A DNA stretch of 64,000 nucleotides from Phoronis australis (Eukaryota > Animalia > Phoronida): positions 473,666 through 537,665 of the forward strand of contig NMRA01000161.1 of assembly GCA_002633005.1 (NCBI GenBank). The letters run 5' to 3'. The position numbers and the translations under genes are program-made. The first letter of the stretch is position 1. Each line of letters begins with the position of its first letter. This document shows, in pieces, positions 28,740 through 41,615 of this stretch. A model generated the notes under the pieces. That model made no database searches and was not told the DNA's origin. It was given only the letters and a program-made list of their open reading frames with translations.

Positions 28740-29336
28740 CCAAATGGAACAGGCATTCCATTTAGGTTGGCATGACAGTGCACACCGTGCATTTCCACCA
28801 AGACGTCCCACTACGTTTGTCCTCAGTTTCTGCCTCATTCCTCTGAACAGCTGTCTGTGCGTACTCTGCCTCACTATACTTGGGCTCAAACATATATCCA
28901 CCATGCACTGACTATTCGTGAAAAAATTCCTCGCCACCGATGCTCTAAGCAATGGCTCCGTCACTCACGTCACTGTGTCTGTCGTATGAGTCGCTGACAT
29001 CGGCCATTTTCAGACTACTACAAACTAAAAAATTCTTATACCCAACGTTCTCTAACAACATAGTTTGTCGTAGATTACTCGTCGATTGGAAGTGGTGACG
29101 GCAATTCAGGAAACCAGCACAAACACAACAGTAAACAGATCTTCACAGGAAACTCGAACGCACTAGAAACAAATTGGCGGGAAAGTCTTGCCTGCTAAAC
29201 GTCACTTCCGCAGTAGTGCTTGACTAATTAATAAAATTACGGGGACCCCGTGATTAACTCAAACATATGTCTGGGATAATCAACGAACCGTATTGTTACT
29301 AAAAATGACATGACAAAAGGTTCCCTTTCCCTGTAA
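28740..29336 (-). mobile_element. Kolobok DNA transposon remnant with KolX-like (P2X7 C-terminal-like) pseudo-ORF
   Basis: From ATG 29007, one frame with 3 stops reads ..GGYMFEPKYSE..KRSGTSWWKCTVCTVMPT*MECL (PYxFEP / WCxCxxCxxMPTxxEC pattern). The terminus (atatgtctgggataatcaacgaacc..) is shared with 46118-46192, which ends in cctTTAA. Confidence 0.65.
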
Positions 29337-29705
29337 TATTATTAAATGGTTCATTGTTTTAACTTGTGTATTTTACAAACTGAAAATTCTTATCAATGTA
29401 TTATGAAATAAAATGTTACTAGTTATTCAACTTCACACATATCCTTGTCGCTTAACCGGCGTTGGTACGATTGGCTTATTCATGAAGTCATGTAGCAACA
29501 AACCAAAGCACATGGCAACAAGATATGGCCGCGATGCAAAATTCAGTATGGGATCAATAGATTGCCGTACATACAGTACATAGGAATACTACTACGATAT
29601 CCAATCTCAAACTCATTTCGGTCTCGCTGGGACATATCCGGATGAAACGAATTCTCGATATAATATAGCAGTAGCATTCCAATGCATGTGGGATATATAC
29701 ATGTA

Positions 29706-29765
29706 AACACACACATACACACACACACACACACACAAACACAAACACACATACACACACACACC
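29706..29765. repeat. (CA)n microsatellite, imperfect
   Basis: Direct reading. Confidence 0.95.
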
Positions 29766-30560
29766 AATCGTATCGCACTATTTTCCTTTTTTTCCAACGT
29801 ATGTTCTATTTAGGAGCACTCCCAGAAGGGTAAATTTGATCTTTTTGAATATTCACGTTGACCTGTTCAGAGTTCTAAAGCTGTCATAAATTTTATTAAA
29901 TTGTGTTACAAAATCAGGAATCAACTTCTGCAAAATCAGATAAATTATTTTCATCGAAAATTTATTTTAACTTCAGTTTTGAGAAAGAAGGAACTTATTT
30001 CCATTCAATAGGAAATTCTCACAGAGTAAAAAACATTTTGACTACTTGGTGAAAAGATGTATAACAACATCATAATTTTGTTTCAGGAGCCATATTAGGA
30101 TTAGATCAGTATAGAGATTATTATGTCTTGTTCATTACAAATTAGCTAGCTTGTCTTTGTCCGTACGTTACCGGGTAGAATCACGTATTAATTTTAAAGT
30201 GACATTTGATAACAATAAAATAACATATTGAAAGTTCATGTAAGTGTAATTTTCCGTTTTGCCTCTTTCGACTGCAAACATATACTTTTCCACCAAAATT
30301 GTTTTCGTGACGTACATGTATTTGCAAATCTGACAAGGCGTTGGTGCTGTCTGTGTTGTTAGTTGTTTCTTGTTTTTTTCCTTCGGGGTATTGTTATCGT
30401 AGTCGTCGTTATTGTTGTTCTTGCCTTGTGAACAATAATTGAATTACTGACGAAATTTAAGGAATATCACAACTCGCTTACTTCGTAATCTAATTACAAT
30501 AATGACACATATTTTTGTTGTACCCATTCCACAAGGGGAGCATTTGTCAAAAGTGTGTGA

Positions 30561-31345
<785 letters not shown>

Positions 31346-31469
31346 ACATGAACTTTTTTATTTGTGCGGCGATCGTCCGGTTTTAGTCTTACTGTGGCCA
31401 AAAAACGGTTTAATTTTAAAAGTAAACGCTACTGTCACGATGCTTATCTTTTGTGTGTTCGATTCTTAG

Positions 31470-31675
31470 GTGATGTCCTAAAGAGAACAGATGGCGTGCT
31501 CTCCTCTGAGACTCAAGTGGTGCCAGCTTTAGTTGGTACAGTCGTCTTAATGGGTCTTGTCGTATGCGCTCTACTCGCTGTTGCGCTTTTCAGTCGAAAG
31601 ATGTCTCCACGTACATGTATAAATGGTTATGCTCCAGTTACCGTTCAGCGATTGACCGCGAACTATAACGCCTAA
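31470..31675 (+). CDS. Terminal exon: single transmembrane helix plus short cytoplasmic tail
   Basis: Phase-1 acceptor ttcttag. Translation GDVLKRTDGVLSSETQVVPALVGTVVLMGLVVCALLAVALFSRKMSPRTCINGYAPVTVQRLTANYNA*: hydrophobic run, RK stop-transfer, YAPV motif. Confidence 0.7.
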
Positions 31676-32359
31676 TGGACTGTCATGGACTTCGAGAGTC
31701 GAGTTATTCATTTGTATCAGCTGCTTAGCTGCTTTGCATTGGAATAATTGCGTGTTGCATATATACATAGACAGAGACATAGACAAAGACTTAGGCATAG
31801 CCACAGAGATAGATATAGTAACAGTTATCCCATACGCGCTGAATCTGTCGAGGCAAAAAGGTCATGTATTAAAGTTTCCCGTATTCACCTGCCGTACCAC
31901 TTCAACAGTGACCTCTGACATAGAAAGTTCAAAGGGTAGGTCAATGTCGACTCCGTGTCGTTAGCCAGTTCGGTCTCCAAACTTTCGGAACACAGTTTAA
32001 AGTAATACAATTATAGCAATGTAAAAAACGCTCAACGTACAATCAGGTCTCCATCGTAACATCTTGAACAGGACTGTTAATTATAAGACAGTTCTGTCTC
32101 AGTTTTCATTTGCTAAATATTTTATCGTCTGCAACTCAGGCCACGATTCCGCGGTAACTACAATATCAAGTATTGTTGTTATTTATCTATTTTCAGGAGA
32201 TATTACAAGTTCAATGAAAAGTTATCCTTGTTTTCATCTTTGTTATCTCTTCTCAAGTAATAAGTCGTCACATTTAAAACTTGTTTCTTTTACTAGAGAA
32301 AACTTGCAGCATAACGCGCAAGTACATACATATAGGATGTGATCCGCCACGTGAAGAGA

Positions 32360-32550
32360 TTGAATGAAGCATTTTAAAAATCTACGGAAAAAATGAAAGA
32401 AACTTAGGAAGTCGAAACGTAGGGGATAAATACAAAACGTTTCTCGATTGGCGTACATGAAGTAATATCCCACTCGACATTATTCCGCGGAATAATATCT
32501 CGTGGGATAATACTTCATGTACGCCACTCTCGGTACGTTTTGCGTTTATA
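32360..32550. mobile_element. Palindromic fold-back element; inverted relative copy at 63555-63745
   Basis: tggcgtacatgaa..acattattCCGCGGaataat..ttcatgtacgcca, symmetric about ~32488. Confidence 0.8.
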
Positions 32551-32703
32551 CACATTCACTCGATTACTAACGAAGTAATGAAAATGTGACCTCTAGAACT
32601 TCCTAGTCATTAAGACAAAAATATTGTCAACGTGTCCAAAATATTTTATTATCTTGGTGGCTCATTGTACTAAAGGTCTCAAACACAAGCAAAGTATTTT
32701 TAC

Positions 32704-32749
32704 CCACTTAGCTTTCGTCCACCTAGGGCGGAGGACTTCGTCAGAATGA
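32704..32749 (-). ncRNA. Minimal type I hammerhead ribozyme in the PLE pLTR
   Basis: Minus strand: tcatt-CTGACGA-a-gtcc-tccgccctaggt-ggac-GAAA-gc-TA-agtgg. Complete core with palindromic AGCT in place of stem III. Confidence 0.8.
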
Positions 32750-34516
32750 TAGGGACTTCCTATGGAGATGTCACGTGCGCAGTCAACACCCGATCGTAGA
32801 TGTGTGGCAACTCATTGCCAACATCCCTGTTTAGAGTGAGGTTACCACGCTCGATCTGGGTAGCTTCCGGCATTTTTCAGGGAACACTTGAATTGTCACG
32901 GTCAATAATATTCCTTGTATTTTTTGTGTTAGTCGGTTTGCGATAGACTTTCAAAACCAACAGAATTTCTGATCACAAGAGAATCCAGAAGGGCAATCTA
33001 ATTAACAGACTTGATCTCTCTGGTGAACTTAATTCATTCGTTCAAAGTGTTAATGTAATCAATGAAATCTGCAGAGGGTAAACGTGTCATCCACATATCT
33101 TCACCACAGTCTGGGACCACAAGTAGTGAACTCAAACCAAGCTGTTCACAAAATCTCCATATACAGATTGGCAACAATTGGTGTAACTAATCTGCCCATG
33201 ACCATCATACACGAAATACCATTCTACCAACTGACAAGGGTAGGTCGAGTGTGGCCATTAATTCTCAGGAGGACAAGGACAAATTTCTCACTCTACTTAT
33301 GAGAAACTGAAATCAGGTCCCACTTCCACCTATACGACAAAAATTAACTAAGATTGTGTTATCTGAACATCAAAGACTGTATCCCTCTCCCAAATTTTAT
33401 GATTTTCCGAACATTTCCGTTAAGACCTACTGTTTCCAGTCGCGGCTCGTTCACTTATGAGAATGCTAAGCTTTTAGCCCTCATTCTCAAGCCACTTGTA
33501 GGTTGTCAGACCATCACGTGGTCAATGCTCAGGATTTTACGGGAAGGGTAGAAGAGGATACGATATATGAGGATGAGATTCTAGTGTTTTTGATGTTTTT
33601 GCTATATTTAATATTGTACCTGTTGAGTAAACTCTTGTAGTTATTCCAGAGAAGTTATATAGAAAGAGAGATCTGTTGAAAGCAACGCACACAGATCGTC
33701 ACACGTGACATTGTTGGGTTTTTTGGTCTTGTATTTAATACCACCTATTTCATGTATGATGGTTCCTTTTACAAACTTAAACATGGCGCGGCCATGGGTA
33801 GTCCAGTGTCGCCAATTGTGGCCAATTTGCACAAGGGGATTTTTGAACAGTTTGGTTTGAGTTACACTACTTGTGGTCCCAGACTGTGGAGAAAGTATTT
33901 GGACTACATGCATGTTTGCCATATAAGAGAGGGAATACATTTTATAATTAATTTATTATATTAACACTTTTGACGAATGTATTAAGTTCACCAGAGATAT
34001 TTAGTCTGATAATGAAAGTTGCTTTTCTGGATTTCTTTGGGATCAGAAACTCTGGTGGTTTGCTAGTTTAGAAAGTTTACCGGAAAGCTATTCAACCAAA
34101 TCAATAATCACCCTCTCCACCAAAACTTGGGTGTGGTGCGCACTCTTCGCCACAGGTGTGAGAGTATTGTCATGAAGGAAGAGGTCAAGTTAGTGGAAAA
34201 TCAATTACTAGACTCTGTTCTATCAAAGAGTGGATATCCCGATTGGACATCACTCGGCTTGCTACGGGTAGGCGATCCCCGGTCAGGGGGAAAGTAAGGA
34301 TAGTGTTTGCATCGTTGTGTTGCCATACAGACAAGGTGTGTCAGAGAAATCATGTAAGAATTACAAGAAACACGTCAAGGTGCGTTTCGGTCTGAAAGGA
34401 CTCTCCACAATCTGTTGGTCGCTCCCAATGATACTGCAATCCCTGTATGTACGTGTGGCTCACTGTATCAGCTTGACTGTGCTTCTTGTGGCCCATCCTA
34501 CATTGGCAAGTCTAGA

Positions 34517-34859
34517 AATTCCGCAATTGTAGAACAAAATTAATATTTTTCTATATGGATGTCAAAAACTCAACCCAAATGAAAATAAGGCTTTATTTGA
34601 AATAGTATCAGAATTTCTTTATAACATTAAATCTCTTTGTGTGAGTGGATAGAAATGTATGCATGTGTATGAAAATGAATTATTTACATTCGTAATCATG
34701 TCATTGTAATCTTAATATCAGTTTTTTATTTATGTATTCGTGTATAATAATTGTATATACACTTCTTTGTATTTTTTTAACGCAGATCAAATGCCTCTTG
34801 GCGCTTTCTGGGTTATGTATATTCATTGTATTCTGAAAATTTCGTAATAAACATTAAAA
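34517..34859 (+). mobile_element. 5'-truncated CR1-like LINE tail nested in the PLE
   Basis: Matches the reverse complement of ~1594-1938 and ends in an A-tail. Flanked by 9-bp TSD aagtctaga at 34508-34516 and 34860-34868. Confidence 0.9.
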
Positions 34860-35399
34860 AAGTCTAGACAACAGATGTGAACTTGCACAGACCAACACAA
34901 AAAGTTCTAAGAACTGGCTCCCTACAATCTGCCATATCAGACCATGCTCTTATAGTTGACCATGGGATTGGCTGGGAGTCTTTGAATACCATTGACAATG
35001 ACAACAACGATATTCCAAGAAAAATCAGGAAAGCTACCAAGATCAAGCGTAGTAACCTTACTATAAGCACGGACGTTGACACGATCGGGTGCTGAAAGCA
35101 CAGGTGCCATCTGCGTAAGAAGTCCGTGTCACTCTGACGAACGCTAAACTGGTAAGAAATGCTTTTGCTTGTGTACTCAAGTTGTTGTATTCCTCAATCA
35201 TGCTTCATTTTGTTTCATTAGTTTTAAACATCCCAATACCAAGTTTAACGCAAACCAAGTTAATCCAAAGTAATTCGGGGAAACGCCGCTTCAATATACG
35301 TTCACGACATTTCATATGGGATTTTTAATTAGATTGTTCGAATTTCTAAAAAGTCATTTTACCGTTTGATTGACACCAGTTTTTGAGAACAAACTCAAA

Positions 35400-36148
35400 A
35401 CTAGGTGCGATAATGTTATCTCGAAAACGTTATGGTAAGGGGAAAAATATCCCAGGCACCCTTCTGAGCTCATTTTTTAACTTCAGGTGCATTGTTTTTA
35501 AGCAGACTTTGCTAGCTGTTTTGATTATGCTGAAACATAATTCAAACTGAATAATCTTCGAAAATTCGTTTAGCTTTCCCGAGCTTTCTTATCGAATGCT
35601 GTGACAAACCGACTCCTAAATCATTGAGGTGATATTGATGTAAATTTTATATCAGAAATAAAAGTGAGTGCGTTTTGCTTGAATTAAAACGGACTGTTAC
35701 ATAATTTAGATGGCCCACAGCACACCCAACAATTATCACCAAATGACCAAAGCAATCCCGTTGTCATGTCAATNACTAGGTGCGATCCTGTTATCTCGAA
35801 AACGGTATGGTAAGGGGAAAAATATCCCAGGCACCCTTCTGAGCTCAGTTTTTAACTTCAGGTGCATTGTTTTTAAGCAGACTTTGCTAGCTGTTTTGAT
35901 TATGCTGAAACATAATTCAAACTGAATAATCTTCGAAAATTCGTTTAGCTTTCCCGAGCTTTCTTATCGAATGCTGTGACAAACCGACTCCTAAATCATT
36001 GAGGTGATATTGATGTAAATTTTATATCAGAAATAAAAGTGAGTGCGTTTTGCTTGAATTAAAACGGACTGTTACATAATTTAGATGGCCCACAGCACAC
36101 CCAACAATTATCACCAAATGACCAAAGCAATCCCGTTGTCATGTCAAT
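35400..36148. repeat. 374-bp near-identical tandem copies joined by a single N; probable assembly artefact
   Basis: 35400-35773, N at 35774, then 35775-36148. Confidence 0.9.
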
Positions 36149-38944
36149 TGCAGGCAACTACAGATTTTTGTCCTTTAAAGACTTTGGTTACGGAAACCTA
36201 ATTACGCCGGTGTGTTAAACAAAGACGTGACATTTTTCAAAGCTTTAAAACTATTTTATGCCTTGACCAAAGCATCTTCAAAGACCTCTTATATGAATTT
36301 GCTACATGTACGCGTTATAGGTTAGTTTTTCAAGGAACGAACACTAAATGGCCAACTTCCATATAATAAATCGATTTGAACTTTGTGTTTGCCGTACGAA
36401 CGTTTAGTGTTTTAAATTACAGTAAGTACCTAAAGTGGTCGCCTCTTGTGTCTATGCATCGCTTAACGATAAAAATAAAAATGCTGGGTGTTTTCCAAAA
36501 TAGGTGCCTCTCAACAAAGTTACTCAGAAGTCAGTAAAAGCGATTTTTTCGTAATTTACAGAAATTTAACATTTTTAGGATTATTTGGATGCAATAAACA
36601 GAATGTTCTAAAACCCCGTCGACCCCCTCGACCCACGGCTCACAACCCCCTTAATCCAGTCTACACAAGCTCGACTCGATCTGAACATACAATAGAACAA
36701 GCCCTGACTCGCAGGACCAATGCGTCGGGCCGTGAGCTCGGCTGGCTTTTCCTTAATTTTTTGCAATAAAGAGAGTCAATTCGGCAAGTTTGAAAGCCCA
36801 AACGGAAAAAAAAAACAACGCAACTAAACCAAAGTCAATGGCCAACGTTATAATAACGTTCCCGACAAAGTGTAATCGTCTCGTCTGCTCTTCAGTGAAT
36901 GGCAGATTCAAGCTTTTTGGTGAGTGCGCGAGGAACCGACGAATATGTAATTTCTTAAGAAAACGCAGTTTGAAAAACTGTTAATTAAAAACGTATTTTA
37001 ATGTTGTATGGAGTACATTGTAACGGAGTATACAACAAAAAGCAAATAATAAATGTGATATTCTGTCCAAAATTTAGAAGAACAGTGCCATAGTTAGCCG
37101 CTCGTGGAACTTTTTCTGTTACAACGACAGCACACTCACAATTTGCTATTTCAGATCATTTCCTATGGCAGATTGTACTTCGCTAGTACATTTCTTAAAA
37201 AACTCGGTCGCTGTCGTAAAGAAGCCTGTCACCAGTCACCAGTTGAATTGTGTGGTCGCGGTGTCGTGCGCTACCCCCCTTTTCGACTGGTGTCGTAGAT
37301 AAGGTATGCAGCTATATTTTACTGCATTTCTTCAATAACGTTCAACTCACAAATGACAGTTTCGTTAAACCACTTAACTTTTTCAGGTTGTTTCGTTCTT
37401 CAACTTCTCGTCAGCTGCAAAGTTTGATCGTGGAAATCAGTGGTAACTAGCACCAAAACCTACGAGAGTTGTGTAGAATTCGATAAGTGTAAAAGGAACG
37501 TCGGTTATGACGTGTTCGTCCATCCTATACTCTCAAGCACAATAGGATCATCCAGCATTGCCCTGCAATAGAGCTCTCCTTTGTTCCGGAGATAATAGAT
37601 AGTTTTGGAAATCGGTTATATTTTCGTGTCTCTAACTGACATTGGCAAGGATCACGCATCCAAGGGTGTTTGTCCTGTTTGTCGAATGTTGTTACGGTAG
37701 AGCTGCAGTCCACAGCACAGCACTAATACTTAATTGGCATTGAAAGGACAAATACAGTAATTCATCCGAGAAAAACTTGAAAAGAATCAGAAAGCAACAA
37801 ATAACATGTTTACGGGACTGTGCATAAATACAGCGAGGTTTGAGTGTCGTGTAATCCGCTACAGTGGTAGGCTTTAATTACATTATAGAATTAGCGCAAA
37901 GTTTGCTATTCACCAACGCTGCACAATGGCTAAAAATCAATTGCATAAAGTGAAAGTTAATTAAAACCCCGAAAAATTTTCAAAAACTGTCTTTTAGTAG
38001 AGACATTCAATGTCTATATAAACAGTATCAATATTTCCCCTTTCTTTTAGGCCATTTTAAAGCAACACGCAGATGTCTATTTAGATATTCCATGATCCCC
38101 GTTAGATCACGCAAATCTTCATGAGATATCCCATGCATTGTTGGTCTCACTCGTATAACTTCCATAAGTCACCCAGACCTCCAGCTAAATATCCTCAAAA
38201 ACGTAGTCAGAATTTGATGAAATTTGGAAGAAGGGTGTAGGGTAGGCTATCTCTATACCGGTGCATGTCACTCTTCAATATTCCAGACCCCAGGGCAAGA
38301 AGAACGGGCTCTTCAGTTTCTTTTTTTGGAGAAGAGCGTTTCCAGATGATATCAACAGAGCCGATAAATATGTGGATTTCAATGAAAGTGCCCATAGAGG
38401 TATGTGATGACAGTGTGCTCTCATTAATCGATTTCCAGGCATATTCGACCACTGCAGCATCTCCAACTGGCCAGCTTGGTCTCGTTAGTTTCCTTTTTCA
38501 GTACTTCGGAGGAAAACGTATCTTGGGATGATATCCAGAGAACCAAATGACAATTGCAATAAAACTTATTACAGAGGCGTTTGACGACATTGCGCCGGCA
38601 CTACTGCAGCACCCCCTAATAGCCATTTTGTTTCGTTGTCCCGTTGCCCAGTTGTCTTCTAGATGTCTCGCAAACCTCGACTCACCTTAATGAAATTTGA
38701 CACTAGCTGTCAGCAGTGGCGGATCTAGGATATCACAAGGGGGGGCGAACATTTTGTCCGGCTGTAAGCATTTGCGCAAACTGAATCACGATTGACGCGC
38801 ATAGCACCGAATGGGGGGAGGCCCAGAAAATTTTTCTGTTTTTACCTCTAAAAATCAAGCATTTTCCTTGATTCCTGAAGTATTATCCAAGAAAAAGGCA
38901 AAAAAAAGAAAAAAAACTTGTCAAACAGGAAAAACTGCAAGTAC

Positions 38945-39005
38945 CAAAGACTCGAACTCACGACCTGGCGGATAGAGCGCGCGTGCGTTACCACTACACC
39001 ACCAC
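38945..39005 (-). repeat. tRNA-derived SINE-like head (Pol III A and B boxes)
   Basis: Minus strand gtggtgtagtggtaacgc..caggtcgtgagttcgagtc has A box TGGTGTAGTGG and B box GAGTTCGAGTC. No intact cloverleaf. Confidence 0.6.
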
Positions 39006-39300
39006 GATTTAACTGCTATTGTCATACTAAGAGACCTACTTGGTTATGGTCCACAGCGTTTGCGCGCGAAACCTACTTCTTTTTGTAATGCTAATTATAT
39101 GTTTTGTGCCATCGCTTCTTAACAAATTTGTCGTATTTAAAATAGTCTTCAAATGCCCAAAAGACCAAATCCATTTTTTTTTTTGTTGACAATAATGACG
39201 GCATTGCTTTGGAAATCGTCTTAGGATAAGGTTTGACAAAGAGAGTATTGCGAGTTTCTGAGTGATTCACTAAGGCTTCGATTAAAATTCACATCTTACT

Positions 39301-39664
39301 AGCAGCTTCTGTTTTTACATCGTCACTCAGGTTCCATTTTATTTAAAAAATGAAGTAAATTTTCTTCATTGCACAGTGGAGCAGACGACGGAAACGGAGT
39401 CGTAGTGTGCAGCGCCACTGCTGGTCGCCTGGGATATCGCGGGAGAGCCTATACTTAGCCATAGTTCTGTTACGAATGCGCCGTGTTCNCAGCAGCTTCT
39501 GTTTTTTCATCGTCACTCAGGTTCCATTTTCTTTAAAAAAAGTAAATTTTCTTCATTGTACAGTGGAGCAGACGACGGAAACGGAGTCGTAGTGTGCAGC
39601 GCCACTGCCGGTCGCCTGGGATATCGCGGGAGAGCCATAGTTCCGTTACGAATGCGCCGTGTTC
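39301..39664. repeat. ~180-bp tandem copies joined by a single N; probable assembly artefact
   Basis: 39301-39488, N at 39489, then 39491-39664. Confidence 0.85.
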
Positions 39665-39713
39665 CGAATTTGACACTTGAAATTGGATTTGAGTCCCCGC
39701 TCCCCCCAACACT

Positions 39714-39963
39714 AAAACTGCACACATTTAAATCTTTTCATCCGTATAATTTTAATTACCGGGGTTAATTATTAAACTCAACATTTTCCTATGCTCTTAC
39801 TTGACAGCAGGCCTTTATCCAGGATTTTGAAAATAGGGTGTCCAAAATGGGGTTCCCAATATTCCAGGGCGTCCATGATTCCGACGCGTAANNNNNNNNN
39901 TTTTTTTGCCGCAGCCAAGGGAGGGGCCCGGACCCCCTGGGTCCCCCCCTAAATCCGCCTATG
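39714..39963. mobile_element. GC-tipped MITE end with a nested insertion and gap; inverted copy at 63836-64000
   Basis: 39714-39801 plus 39901-39963 match the reverse complement of 63836-64000. 39802-39900 is extra sequence ending in an N run. Confidence 0.8.
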
Positions 39964-41480
39964 TTTCACTGGGGCGGTGTATGTAACTTTTCAGTTTGCC
40001 CTGATTCTGGGGTAAGAGGAGCAGGGCTTTTCAGCGATTTTTGGGAGAGTAGCGTTAGGCCTACTGGGTAACATTTAGTGAATCGATAGAGGGAGTTCGA
40101 TTAAAATTGACCCAGAGGTACATGACGACGTTGTAGCGGTAGCATATGGGTGGATTCGATTGCTGCAGCATGCCCCAGGGGCCGTTAAATGTGATTGAGT
40201 AATAGACAGACTAGTTATTTGTAATCATTTGTCGCTGAATAAGTTCAATACAAAAATGAATCATTGAAGTTTTTCCTTATGTCTTTGCAGTCGACTCCGA
40301 CCAAGGTACCACCTATAGTATCAGCATCTGTCGGCTTGACCCAGACCATCCATCTCTACACAACGCCACCAAGTTAGGACTAATGAGCTATATATGTGGA
40401 GACGACACGACACTGCTCGCAAACAAGATATCGCTTGACACGCGGTCCGACAGATTGATGATGGACGTTATGTAAACAAAAGCACGCTGGCCTTATGGAG
40501 CATGGAAATTTTAAATACTAACGAGGTTTTAAAATGTTGGTAACATAAAGCAATGTAAGCCTGGGACCCAGGTGTTGTTCAAACGGCCATACAAGCCATT
40601 GCACAGACAAAATTTCTAACCCTTTGGCTGAAATTCCCACGGAGTTCTTCTAGGGCCGGCTCTGTCGAAAAGACGATCACTGAAATGTTGACATTATATC
40701 AAGTTTGGAAAATATTTACCTTTACACTGTGTGAGAAACACCACTGCTTGAGCGGCCAGAAGCCGGAGAACGAAGTATGTATTTGCAAGGACAAAGTTTC
40801 TCGAAAGGCAATTGGAATTGCCTACTTCGGGTTATACCAAAGAATAATAATTACATCGATTTTCAGACCTTTTTTCAAGAGTAAAATGCATGTATGAGGT
40901 GCTGAGGCGCCTCAAGAAAATGCAACTTTAGTGATACTGTACGTTTCTTTAACTGTCTGGTATTGCTCGTTCTACTATCAAATTCATCTTAACTAGTAGT
41001 CTGTGCAATTTGAAACTGCATAGTCTCAAAATTCAAACCGTTGTGCCATAGACTCTGTTGTAAAACAACACGACGACTACAATACATGTATGGATGCGCA
41101 TCTAGAATTGAAAAAAGGCGTTCGCAATATTAATTTTTACACCAATCAATGTACCCCATGGATCCGACTACGATGTGCCGAATTGCAGATTTTTTGCATT
41201 CAATCACAAGCAGACACTTCAATCTGATTGGCCATCCAGAAGGAGGTCAACAAAGAATTTTCACACTTACAGAAACACACATCTCAAACTATAAAGTTTC
41301 GATTAATTTCAAAGTATTACCATTACCCAGAAACACACACCCTGACATCAATGGGAAATGCCTAGCTGAGATAACGTTACCGCCCTGGTACATTCTCTAC
41401 TTTCACGCATTCGCCATGTTTACAAATACCCATCGAAAACGAGGCGAGCAGATGTGACCTAGTTCCGCCTTTTAACAAGC

Positions 41481-41615
41481 ATGTTCTGTTGTGTGCCGCA
41501 TTGCAGCAGTTCATCAAATAAGTGTAAACTTTCGTTTCATAAATTCCCTAAGGATGAAGTTCTTCGTCGTAAATGGATTTGTAACATTCGAAGGGATCCT
41601 GGAAGACATTTCAAG
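41481..41615 (+). CDS. First exon of a THAP-domain transposon gene, truncated by a contig join
   Basis: MFCCVPHCSSSSNKCKLSFHKFPKDEVLRRKWICNIRRDPGRHFK followed by donor gtaaat. Open frame with canonical CxVPxC..FP..W. N at 41634. Confidence 0.85.

Larger units (their letters stand above)
32683..35175 (+). mobile_element. Penelope-like retroelement (RT + GIY-YIG), decayed, with inverted 5' pLTR
   Basis: ILPTDKGR, PLRPTVSSRGSFTYENAKLL, YKLKHGAAMGSPVSPIVANL, LGVVRTL, LPYRQGVSEK, SYIGKS and SAISDHA occur in canonical order. 32683-32915 is the reverse complement of ~34985-35175. Confidence 0.92.

Noticed and set aside
29543-29797. Cys/Val-rich ORFs
   Set aside because: These are translations of the (CA)n microsatellite.
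35128-35150. Hammerhead in the sense pLTR
   Set aside because: Stem II and GAAA are deleted; it is a non-functional relic.
37385-37415. Minus-strand CTGACGA..GAAA hammerhead-like match
   Set aside because: Stem II is only 3 bp with three extra unpaired bases, and there is no UH or stem I.
38945-39005. tRNA gene
   Set aside because: Only A and B boxes are present; no acceptor or anticodon stems could be folded.
40291-40550. Exon-like segment after the acceptor ctttgcag
   Set aside because: All three phases hit stops, and there is no recognisable domain or partner exon.
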